This document shows, in pieces, positions 1 to 8,132 of a stretch of DNA of 40,199 bases; position 1 is the first letter of the stretch; every line of letters starts with the position of its first letter. The notes beneath the pieces are model-generated. The model was not told where the DNA came from. It made no database searches and was given only the letters and a program-made list of their open reading frames with translations. Source of the stretch: Candidatus Micrarchaeota archaeon (lineage in GTDB: Archaea > Micrarchaeota > Micrarchaeia > Anstonellales > Bilamarchaeaceae); the NCBI GenBank assembly GCA_013425375.1, contig JACCLH010000004.1:1-40199 (forward strand). The letters run 5' to 3'. The position numbers were made by a program, and so were the translations under genes.

Positions 1-2
1 TA

Positions 3-86
3 TGCAGGGGAAGAGATTTGAACTCTTGAACGGACTAACCGATCAGGCCCTGAACCTGACGCGTTTGACCACTTCGCTACCCCTGC
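3..86 (-). tRNA. tRNA-Leu(CAG), no intron, CCA not encoded
   Basis: Reverse complement folds as a cloverleaf: acceptor GCAGGGG/CCCCTGC, anticodon arm TCAGG-TT CAG GG-CCTGA, long variable arm, T-loop TTCAAAT. Confidence 0.95.
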
Positions 87-183
87 GAACGAATGTGAGC
101 GGGGGTTTGATGGTCGGAGTGCCGATCAGCTATACCCCTGCTAATGAGTAGAATTCTATTAACTAAGGCAACCAAATATAAAC

Positions 184-1470
184 TTACTCTCCCTCTCCAG
201 CCTTATTAGAGCCGCCCTTGGCGGCTCTGATATCCGAGTCGTCCGACGACTCGGACATTGCGAATTCTATCGGCTGCCTTGTGAAGACCCTTGTCCCGGA
301 AGGCACATTCTTGTTGACCACCACTCCAGAGTGTATCCAGCAGTTCGTGCCGATGAACTTGCCAGGCATGGTGCATGACAGCACGCCGAATTTGGTGTTG
401 TCGCCCACGAAGACGCCCAGCTTCTTCCTGCCTGAGTTGGCCCAGCCCTTCTCGGTCTGGACATTGACGTTCTCGCCATCGAACCTGAAGTTCGCTATCT
501 GTGTCCCTGAGCCGAAGTTCACATTCTCGCCAATCACGCTGTCACCTATATATGCGAGATGCTTAGCGTTGACATGGTCCAAAAGTATGCTGTTCTTCAC
601 TGTGGTACCGCTCCCTATGGCGCACCATTTGCCTATGCAGTTGTATCCTTTGAGATAGGCGTTCGGGCCGATGACCGTGCCTGCACCGATGTAAGCAGAG
701 CCTTCCACGTAGCTGTTTATTATCCTCGCTCCCTCTTCCATGATGACCTTTCCTTCTATGGTGGAATTCTCTATATGACCTGATTGGGAATCCATCTTCG
801 ACAGCACATATTCGTTGGCCTCGAGAAGGTCCCAAGGATATGCGATGTCGCGCCAGTAGCCCTCGGTCACGACACCTTTCGCACCCACGAAAAGGTTCAC
901 TATCTCATGCTCGCCCCGCTCGGATTTCCCGATTGACCTGAGCTCGCTGAAGACGGTCGGCTCCATGCAGTAGACAGAGAGATTGGCGAGGTCGCTTTTC
1001 GGATGCTTGGGCTTCTCCTCGAAAAGGCTGACCTTGCCATTGGACAGCTCCACAACGCCGTATTCGTGCGGGTTGTCCACCCTCTTGAGGCCCAGGGTTA
1101 TGCCGCCCTCATGGCCCTTCATCACTGCGCTTATCACTGAGGATTCGGTCACTATGTCGCCTGCGAGCGCCATGAACGTGTCGCTGACCTGGTCCTTAGC
1201 GCAGAGCAATGCCGCGCCAGTCCCAGTCTCGCTGCCCTGCTCGACAAAGGAGACTTTCATGCCGACATCTGCCTTGGAGAGATATTCGGTGATTTTCTCC
1301 TTCATGTGGCGGACCACTATGACCGCCTCGGTTATGCCTGCCTTCCTGGCTTCGATGAGGAGGTTGTGTATCAGCGGCTTTCCTGCGACAGGCAGCATGG
1401 CCTTGGACCTTGTCTCGGTGAGCGGCCTGAGCCTCTTGCCTTCCCCTGCCGCAAGTATGATTGCTTTCAT
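184..1470 (-). CDS. glmU: Archaeal bifunctional sugar-1-phosphate nucleotidyltransferase/acetyltransferase (GlmU-like)
   Basis: MKAIILAAGEGKRLRPLT..K nucleotidyltransferase motif, hexapeptide repeats, HLAYIGDSVIG..VNFG.GT..AN; start placed at the ATG at 1470. Confidence 0.88.
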   Translation of the reverse strand: MKAIILAAGEGKRLRPLTETRSKAMLPVAGKPLIHNLLIEARKAGITEAVIVVRHMKEKITEYLSKADVGMKVSFVEQGSETGTGAALLCAKDQVSDTFMALAGDIVTESSVISAVMKGHEGGITLGLKRVDNPHEYGVVELSNGKVSLFEEKPKHPKSDLANLSVYCMEPTVFSELRSIGKSERGEHEIVNLFVGAKGVVTEGYWRDIAYPWDLLEANEYVLSKMDSQSGHIENSTIEGKVIMEEGARIINSYVEGSAYIGAGTVIGPNAYLKGYNCIGKWCAIGSGTTVKNSILLDHVNAKHLAYIGDSVIGENVNFGSGTQIANFRFDGENVNVQTEKGWANSGRKKLGVFVGDNTKFGVLSCTMPGKFIGTNCWIHSGVVVNKNVPSGTRVFTRQPIEFAMSESSDDSDIRAAKGGSNKAGEGE

Positions 1471-1636
1471 GGCAAAACCCTCCACGCCATTCTCCATGGG
1501 GTTTTGTATCCCCATCTATCTGCCTTCATGTGAAAACCCTCACGTCTCCGCTATACGTTGTTTCGCCGCTCCTGTTTAAACCTTTTCTGATTTTAAAACA
1601 TGAAGATTTATAAAGTATAACAAACATATTCAACAC

Positions 1637-2425
1637 ATGCTTCACACAAAAAGGCTCGCTTATGAGGATGGTAAAAAGGCTGAAAAGCCAAAGCAGTCCA
1701 AGAGCCTGTTTTTCGGAGCGGTATGCGGCGCTGCGCTCATGATGTCTACATCATGTGCCCATGCAGATTTAATCCCCAATAAGGAAACGCCGCGTCCAAA
1801 GAGGGAAATGCCTGCCTGGACCCTTACGAAGAAACCCAAAAGTGAAGAGATAAAAGGAAAGTGCGGAGCGGACCTGACTGCCGCGCTGAATGAAGGCAAG
1901 AAGATCATCGAGAGCATCTGCACAGACCACTATGAATATGTGCTGACGCAGGATGAGATAATGATTTTCCCCAGGGAAAAGCCAGAGAGCATGAATATAG
2001 ATGATGTGAAGGTTACTTTCAGCAACATGGCGCTTGATGTGAAGAATATAACCAAGGCAGGAGTGGTGGATTGGGAGGCATCGGATGCAGAAGCGTATCT
2101 TATGCTTCGCAACAACACGCTGGTAGTGGTGCCACGCGAGGGAAAGGACCTGCGGGTGTCGATCTATGACCTCTATTTCGACGCAGCGAGTATGGGGAAG
2201 GAACGCATGGCTTATCTCAAAGGATATCTTGTTCTTGCTACACCTAACGGCAGCATCCTGTTCCTGAATGATGGAAAATGGTATACCCGGCCAAGCGGCA
2301 TAAGCGATCCGGATGCCACTCTGCACAAGACAGCTGGGGGGCTCTTCTTCGGAGATAAAAACGGCGCAGATGTGGAGATAAAAATAGATGAGGACGGTCC
2401 TTCAGTGGCCGCCCCTTCGAAATGA
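1637..2425 (+). CDS. Hypothetical exported/membrane-anchored protein (copy A1)
   Basis: 262-aa ORF with basic N-region plus hydrophobic stretch ending SCAHA; TATA box tttataaa at 1607; gap-free paralogue at 4288. Confidence 0.85.
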   Translation: MLHTKRLAYEDGKKAEKPKQSKSLFFGAVCGAALMMSTSCAHADLIPNKETPRPKREMPAWTLTKKPKSEEIKGKCGADLTAALNEGKKIIESICTDHYEYVLTQDEIMIFPREKPESMNIDDVKVTFSNMALDVKNITKAGVVDWEASDAEAYLMLRNNTLVVVPREGKDLRVSIYDLYFDAASMGKERMAYLKGYLVLATPNGSILFLNDGKWYTRPSGISDPDATLHKTAGGLFFGDKNGADVEIKIDEDGPSVAAPSK

Positions 2426-2986
2426 TTACATTGGATGCTTCACGCGCGCTATGTGAATGCTGGCATTGGTATCAGCCATCAGAGCGTTGTGAATAGTCTC
2501 CAGAGCTTTGCCAAGGTCAGCGGGCTTTACGCCTTCCACCGCGAGCACGGGGTTGTCAGTCCCATAGAGCAGGGTGTGGCGCCTCTCTTCCTGAGTGCCT
2601 GTGATAGGCTTCTCGCAGCTTATCGTGAATTTTTTGCTTTCGTTTTCCACAGTAGCTTCCACATCATAACGAAAAACATGCACTGGAGCTTCACCCTTTT
2701 TCGCGACCGCTCCGGCGAGCGGGGATGATATCGGGCCCATGAGCAGAGATGCCTTGACATTCTCGTCTGTCACCGGCCTGGTGGGGTGGCGCATCCTCCA
2801 TACCAGGTTTGCATCCTGTTGGTCGATTCCGAAACCAGCTTTGAAGGTGAAGTTCCTCTCCTTTGTCATTTCCATTATGCTCTTCACTGCGTCAGGACTG
2901 TATTTTGCGGTATACAGCCTTTTGACTAGTGCATTGTCCAATTCTGCCTCGCTCAGGGGTTTAACCATCTTTCCAGTTCCAGCCAT
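2426..2986 (-). CDS. Hypothetical protein (copy B1)
   Basis: 186-aa ORF with AGGTGA RBS; paralogue at 5156-5734 shares the MGP(I/L)S, F.I.CEK.IT and ERR..LL motifs. Confidence 0.8.
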   Translation of the reverse strand: MAGTGKMVKPLSEAELDNALVKRLYTAKYSPDAVKSIMEMTKERNFTFKAGFGIDQQDANLVWRMRHPTRPVTDENVKASLLMGPISSPLAGAVAKKGEAPVHVFRYDVEATVENESKKFTISCEKPITGTQEERRHTLLYGTDNPVLAVEGVKPADLGKALETIHNALMADTNASIHIARVKHPM

Positions 2987-3040
2987 TCAAATCACCTCGA
3001 TATAATCATGTTATCATAATCACGTTATAATTTTTTTAAT

Positions 3041-4096
3041 TCATACCTTATCTACCTTCAGCTCTTTCATGAAGGCGCGGCATTGCGACGCCAGATATGA
3101 TGTGTACCTCTTGAGCAGGTCGCCGCTCTCCGGACCGAGCACGTCACCCCTCGGCGTGGTCACAGACAGGACCGCAGCCGGCTCGTTCTGGAGGATGTTG
3201 GAAATCTCGGTTTTGAGGTCCTTGCCTTTCAGCTCCTTGTTGAGCGTGACGCTGTACTTCTGGCCGTAGATGTCTATGTTGTAGGCGTATTCTTTGGTGA
3301 CGCTTTCGGCCTTGCCTGGAGAAAGCTTTGGTTTGCCGTACGAGCCCGCCTCGATGTAGACAGTATCTAACTGCACTGGCGGCTTCAGCTCGGATTTCTT
3401 CGGTACCGCTGCGAGGTATGGATTCTTTGGCATCTTTTCGAGGAAATCCTTGCCGCGGTACGGGTTGAACTCCAGTTCCGCTCCTTTCACAGCGACAGTG
3501 GGCCCTGCAGGCTTTTTCGTGCCCTCCTTGTAAAGATATGGATTCATCTCCAACTTCTCCAAGTCTGCTGACGCGACAGCAGTATCTGCCGGCTTTTCCC
3601 TGGCCCCAGGCACCCGGGCAGGGCCTTTGAACATCGCGCCTGCGGCAGCGGCCTTATAATTCTCCTTCGGATGGGCACGGGCATAATCGAGCGCGTCCTT
3701 GACCGCGGAGACGTCGAATTTTTCTATCCTGTTGAAGCCAGGCATCTCTAACCCCTGGCGGGCGCGGTCGACGATCTCGTAGGCCTCATCCGCAGTGTAT
3801 CCTTTCTTCATGAGCTTCGGCATGAACGTCAATTGGTCGCGGGTCTGTTCCACAGCATCGCGCGCCTTTCTTAGCATGGAGCGTCCCTCCGGGGTCTTTG
3901 GACGCGGGAACGTGATTTCCTTGCCTTTGGAAGCGTCAGATGCCAGTCTGAGTATGGTATCGGCCGTAGCTGGTTTGAAGCCCTGTGAGATTAGGTTCTG
4001 GCGTATCATGTCCTGGGTCTGCTGCATCATCGGAGTTAGCGTTTCTGCTGTTTTTTCCTCTGCCTTCTGTACTGGCGTCATGGCATCACTTCCCAC
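3041..4096 (-). CDS. Hypothetical protein (gene C), probable distant paralogue of the B genes
   Basis: 351-aa ORF (start may be the ATG at 4081), Lys/Ala/Pro-rich, three NPY motifs. Confidence 0.75.
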   Translation of the reverse strand: MGSDAMTPVQKAEEKTAETLTPMMQQTQDMIRQNLISQGFKPATADTILRLASDASKGKEITFPRPKTPEGRSMLRKARDAVEQTRDQLTFMPKLMKKGYTADEAYEIVDRARQGLEMPGFNRIEKFDVSAVKDALDYARAHPKENYKAAAAGAMFKGPARVPGAREKPADTAVASADLEKLEMNPYLYKEGTKKPAGPTVAVKGAELEFNPYRGKDFLEKMPKNPYLAAVPKKSELKPPVQLDTVYIEAGSYGKPKLSPGKAESVTKEYAYNIDIYGQKYSVTLNKELKGKDLKTEISNILQNEPAAVLSVTTPRGDVLGPESGDLLKRYTSYLASQCRAFMKELKVDKV

Positions 4097-4287
4097 GCAG
4101 CGTTAAAATAAATGCTGCTTTTGGTTCCGCACGTGCGGAATATATCATATTTGTGGTAAAGGATTTATAAACCTGCAACTTGGGCTGTGGAACGGTAGGG
4201 ACCTTAGGGGATTGCTGCGCTCGGCCTCAAACCTTTTCTGGTTTGGAAGCATAATGGTTTATAAACTATAACAAACATATTCAACAC

Positions 4288-5076
4288 ATGCTTCACACAA
4301 AAAGGCTCGCTTATCAGGATGGCAAAAAGGCAGAAAGGCCAAAGCAGTCCAAGAACCTGTTTTTCGGAGCGGTATGCGGCGCTGCGCTCACGCTGTTCGT
4401 ATCGTGCGCCCACGCAGATTTGATTTCCAAGAAGGAAACACCACGTCCAAATAGGGAGATGCCTGCCTGGATTTTGGCGAAGAAACCCAAAAATGAAGAG
4501 ATAAAAGGGAAGTGCGGGGCAGACCTGACTGCCGCGGTGAAGGAAGGCGAGAAGATTGTCGAGAGCATATGCACAGACAACTATGAATACGTGCTGACGC
4601 AGGATGACATTCTGATCTTTCCCAGGAAAAAGCCGGAGAGCATGGACGTATATGATGTGAAGGTGACATTCAGCCACATGACGCTTGGCGTAAAAAACAT
4701 GATCAAGGTAGGAGTGGTGGATTGGGAGGCATCGGATGAAGGAGCATATCTGCTGCTTCGCAACAAAAAGGTGGTCATGGTGCCACGTGAAAGCGATGAA
4801 CTGGCGGCACCCACGTTTGAATTGTATTTCGACGTAGCGAGTATGGGGAAGGAACGCATGGCGTATCTCAATGGATATGTCGTTCTTGCTATGCCTAGCG
4901 GTGATATCCTGTTTTTGAAAGATGGCGAAAAACGTGTCCGACCAAGCCACATAAGCGGGCCGGATGCCACCCTGCATAAGACAGCTGGCAGGCTTTTCTT
5001 CGGAAAGAAAGACGGCGCTGATGTGGAGATAAAAATAGATAAGGACGGCCCTTCAGTGGCCGCCCCTTCGAAATGA
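4288..5076 (+). CDS. Hypothetical exported/membrane-anchored protein (copy A2)
   Basis: 262-aa ORF aligning without gaps to 1637-2425; TATA box at 4258. Confidence 0.85.
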   Translation: MLHTKRLAYQDGKKAERPKQSKNLFFGAVCGAALTLFVSCAHADLISKKETPRPNREMPAWILAKKPKNEEIKGKCGADLTAAVKEGEKIVESICTDNYEYVLTQDDILIFPRKKPESMDVYDVKVTFSHMTLGVKNMIKVGVVDWEASDEGAYLLLRNKKVVMVPRESDELAAPTFELYFDVASMGKERMAYLNGYVVLAMPSGDILFLKDGEKRVRPSHISGPDATLHKTAGRLFFGKKDGADVEIKIDKDGPSVAAPSK

Positions 5077-5115
5077 TTACATCAGGTGATTGTCCCGCGA
5101 AGAGCCGATGGTGGA

Positions 5116-5219
5116 TTACGGTCATTATCCAGAGCTTCACGGAGCGCATCGATCGTTACATGGATCTGACTTCGGCTTTACGGTCATTATCCAGAGCTTC
5201 ACGGAGCGCTTTGATCGTT
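5116..5219. repeat. 42-bp direct repeat (5116-5157 and 5178-5219, 2 mismatches)
   Basis: ttacggtcattatccagagcttcacggagcgc(a/t)t(c/t)gatcgtt occurs twice with a period of 62 bp. Confidence 0.9.
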
Positions 5220-5734
5220 GTAGGTTCCGTCGGGCCATAGCTCTTTTTAACTCCTACCTCGAGCAGCTTGTTGTCTTTGGTAATACCATCAAGTATGTCC
5301 AGCAGGGCAGTGCGCCTCTCGGAAAGAGGGGCAGTAATCCTCTTCTCGCAACGGATTACGAAAGATTGGTCATCGGCAGCCACGATATACTTGAAGCCTG
5401 TCTTCTCTTTCCTCTCCGCGATTACCTGGGCGGCTACGGATAGTGGACCCATAATGAACGTCTTGGTGATATCGTCCTCAGTCACCTTTGGTGCAATGAG
5501 GATTGCCTGGACTTTCTTCACGTCATCCACTTGGATTCCACTGCCCGCAACTACCGTGAAGACAGGCTTATTTGCCAACTTCATGATTGTGTTGACCTGC
5601 TCGGGCGTGTAGCCCCGCTTATCGAGGACGTCCCTTACCTTCTCCTCGATTTTGGTTCGGTTCAACGGCATCTGCGAAGTATCCGCAATCTTGACTGGCT
5701 CCGAAGCCTTTTGAACATCTTTGTGTCCTTCCAT
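5156..5734 (-). CDS. Hypothetical protein (copy B2)
   Basis: 192-aa ORF with AGGTGA RBS; paralogue of 2426-2986. Confidence 0.8.
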   Translation of the reverse strand: MEGHKDVQKASEPVKIADTSQMPLNRTKIEEKVRDVLDKRGYTPEQVNTIMKLANKPVFTVVAGSGIQVDDVKKVQAILIAPKVTEDDITKTFIMGPLSVAAQVIAERKEKTGFKYIVAADDQSFVIRCEKRITAPLSERRTALLDILDGITKDNKLLEVGVKKSYGPTEPTTIKALREALDNDRKAEVRSM

Positions 5735-6069
5735 TCAAATCACCTTGGTATGGCATTATTTCTCAAATGATGGCTTTGTAGAAATGCTCTAAGAGAAGCC
5801 CAATCTGCCGACGCGGGGGGACAGCGCAGCGGTGGGTCCTGCGTCAGCAAGCGCGTCCTGACTGATGGCTTTGGACTAGCGCGGCAGGCTCCCAGAAGTA
5901 GGGTTTCTACAGAGCCCAAATGATGTTAAAATAAACACCGTGGTTCGGTTCTGCATCCGCAGACATTGTTATATGTGGTAAAGGGTTTATAAACCTGCAA
6001 CTCTGGCTGTGGAACGGCGGAGAGCTGAATGGAGAGAAGTTTTTTAAGGAGAAGAACGCATTACCTGAT

Positions 6070-7113
6070 ATGCTTGAAAGAAAGAAAATAGAGGATATGC
6101 TATCAGGATACAGGAAATTCAAGATAGCGACTATTTGTTCCCACTCCTCGCTCCAGATATTCAAGGGCGCCAGGGAGGAGGGCATAAAGACCATAGGCAT
6201 AGTCCAGAAGGACAAGCGGAAGCTCTACGAATCCTTCCCGCTCGGCAGGCCGGACGAATTCCTGGAGGTGGATAGCTACGACGACATACCGTTCGGGGAC
6301 CTGGTCGCAGAAGAGGCCATAGTCATACCCCACGGCTCGTTCGTGGAGTATGTCGGAGAGGCATTTGACGATTTGAAGGCGCCGATATACGGGAACCGGG
6401 CGAGCATAGCCTGGGAAAGGAGCAGGGAAAAGATGCTCGAGTGGCTGCACAAGGCCGGGATAAAGACGCCGAGGATATACAAGAGGCCCGAGGACATAGA
6501 CGGCCCGGCGCTTGTGAAGTTTCCAGGCGCGAAAGGCGGCCGGGGATACATGATTGTGGGTTCCAAGGCGGATTTCGACAAGAAGATAGGCAAACGGGAG
6601 TGCATGATACAGGAGTTCATCGTGGGTGTGCGGGCCTATCCGCATTATTTCTTCACCCCGTTCGAGAAGCTGGGCTATCCGACAGCGCAGGGATGGCTGG
6701 AGCTGCTCGGAGTTGACAGACGGGTCGAGAGCAGCGCTGACGAGATCGCGAGGGCGGTTTCTGCAGGCATAGAACCGCACATGGGGTTCACTGTGATAGG
6801 CAACGAGCCGCTGGTGCTGAGGGAATCGCTGCTTTCCGAGTACATGGAGATCGGCAGGAAGATAAGCGAAACGTCCTTCAAGCTTTTCGGAGGGCTGTAC
6901 GGGCCTTTCTGCGTGGAGACCATAATAACCGAGGAATTGGAGATCTCCGCGTTCGAGGTGAGCGCCAGGATAGTCGCAGGAACCAATGTCTATCCTGAAG
7001 GCTCGCCGTATTCTGTTTATTACTACAAGGAGCCGATGAGCGCTGGGAGAAGGATAGCGCGGGAGCTCAAGGTGGCTGCGAAAAAGAAAAGGCTGAATGA
7101 GGTAGTCTATTAG
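6070..7113 (+). CDS. purP: 5-formaminoimidazole-4-carboxamide ribonucleotide synthetase (PurP family, ATP-grasp)
   Basis: IATICSHSSLQI, IPHGSFVEY, GAKGGRGY, GNEPLVLRESLL, FEVSARIVAGTN motifs. Confidence 0.92.
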   Translation: MLERKKIEDMLSGYRKFKIATICSHSSLQIFKGAREEGIKTIGIVQKDKRKLYESFPLGRPDEFLEVDSYDDIPFGDLVAEEAIVIPHGSFVEYVGEAFDDLKAPIYGNRASIAWERSREKMLEWLHKAGIKTPRIYKRPEDIDGPALVKFPGAKGGRGYMIVGSKADFDKKIGKRECMIQEFIVGVRAYPHYFFTPFEKLGYPTAQGWLELLGVDRRVESSADEIARAVSAGIEPHMGFTVIGNEPLVLRESLLSEYMEIGRKISETSFKLFGGLYGPFCVETIITEELEISAFEVSARIVAGTNVYPEGSPYSVYYYKEPMSAGRRIARELKVAAKKKRLNEVVY

Positions 7114-7125
7114 GGAGGCAGGCAA

Positions 7126-7821
7126 ATGGAAAGGAATACCGTGCCCCGACATATTGCTATCATACCTGACGGGAACCGTCGCTGGGCCGAGAAACAGGGC
7201 ATCAGCAAGAAGGAAGGCTACGCCATAGGCATAGAGAAGATAGGCGACGTGCTGAAATGGTGCAAGAAGCACGATGTCTATATGCTCACCATGTGGGGAT
7301 TTTCCACAGACAACTTCAAGCGGGACCACGAGGAGGTCAGCACCCTGTTCGGGCTTTTCAAAGACAATCTCCAGAAGGCCATAGAAAGCGATGACCGCAA
7401 CAAGAAGGAGCTGAGGGTGCGGTTCTTCGGCAGGATAAACCTGTTCCCGAAAGAGATACAGCAGATGATAAGGAAGGCCGAGGAAGTGACAAGTGGCGGG
7501 GACAGGAAATACCAGCTCAATCTCCTGCTTTCCTATGGCGGGCGCGAAGAACTTGTGGATGCTGTGAACAGCATAATAGCAGAGGGTATGGACAAGGTGG
7601 ATGAGAAGGCGATAAGCGATCATCTTTATACCAAAGGAGTGCCTGACCCTGACCTGGTGATAAGGACTTCAGGAGAGCAGAGGCTGTCCGGGCTCATGCC
7701 GTGGCAGAGCTGCTACAGCGAATTCTATTTCTGCAGGAAGCTATGGCCGGATTTCTCCAAAAAGGATTTCGAGGCTGCTCTGAATGAGTACGGGAAGAGG
7801 AAGCGGAGATACGGGAAGTAG
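7126..7821 (+). CDS. uppS: cis-prenyltransferase (polyprenyl diphosphate synthase)
   Basis: PRHIAIIPDGNRRWA, FSTDNFKR, YGGREE, DPDLVIRTSGEQRLSG motifs. Confidence 0.95.
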   Translation: MERNTVPRHIAIIPDGNRRWAEKQGISKKEGYAIGIEKIGDVLKWCKKHDVYMLTMWGFSTDNFKRDHEEVSTLFGLFKDNLQKAIESDDRNKKELRVRFFGRINLFPKEIQQMIRKAEEVTSGGDRKYQLNLLLSYGGREELVDAVNSIIAEGMDKVDEKAISDHLYTKGVPDPDLVIRTSGEQRLSGLMPWQSCYSEFYFCRKLWPDFSKKDFEAALNEYGKRKRRYGK

Positions 7822-7861
7822 GGAATTATAAAAGCTTTCACCTGAAATGAGAAAAGCATAC

Positions 7862-8064
7862 GCCGCAGTAGCTCAGTGGGAGAGCACACCTGCCTCTTTT
7901 AGGGATTGTTTTCTGAAAGAGACTGTGAAGCTGAAGACTCTCAATGAGTCGGAGGCCCTTTATCGGGTTGCCTTATCAAGGCAGAAACGGTGGGGTCGCT
8001 TGTTCAAAACGCGCGACGGCGCCGATATATGGCGACGGAGCGCGGGAACATCAGGCCTGCGGCA
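7862..8064 (+). tRNA. tRNA-Phe(GAA) with three introns (7891-7929 at 30/31, 7937-7986 at 37/38, 8009-8050 at 59/60)
   Basis: Joining exons 7862-7890, 7930-7936, 7987-8008 and 8051-8064 gives a 72-nt cloverleaf: GCCGCAG/CTGCGGC, CACCG-CT GAA GA-CGGTG, GCTTG-TTCAAAT-CAGGC; BHB-like motifs at the junctions. Confidence 0.88.
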
Positions 8065-8102
8065 TTTTGCTCACAGTAATGAGCAGTGCCGCCCGATTTA
8101 TT

Positions 8103-8110
8103 TTTAAATA
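8103..8110 (+). promoter_or_regulatory. TATA box of the leader-leuA transcript
   Basis: TTTAAATA begins exactly 30 nt before the ATG at 8133, the same spacing as 1607/1637, 4258/4288, 10148/10178 and 12516/12546. Confidence 0.7.
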
Positions 8111-8132
8111 CTTACATCCACAAGTAAACACT

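Larger units (their letters stand above)
1578..6017. repeat. Diverged tandem duplication: unit 1 ~1578-4196, unit 2 ~4229-6017
   Basis: Homologous promoters (1578-1636 vs 4229-4287), paralogous CDS pairs, identical RBS tract cattcaaatcacct (2984-2997 and 5732-5745), homologous distal intergenic tracts (4102-4196 vs 5925-6017). Confidence 0.9.

Noticed and set aside
5116-5219. Possible mini CRISPR array
   Set aside because: Only two 42-bp copies with a 20-bp gap, one inside a CDS, and no cas genes. I saw no CRISPR array anywhere in the window.
6103-7623. 506-aa antisense ORF, and similar long shadow ORFs such as 22288-23421 and 25704-26567
   Set aside because: Antisense to well-recognised genes, no motifs, and expected from codon bias.
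7847-8132. ORFs 7847-8107 and the 5' part of 7944-8201
   Set aside because: They overlap the intron-containing tRNA-Phe; only the 8133-8201 segment has promoter support.
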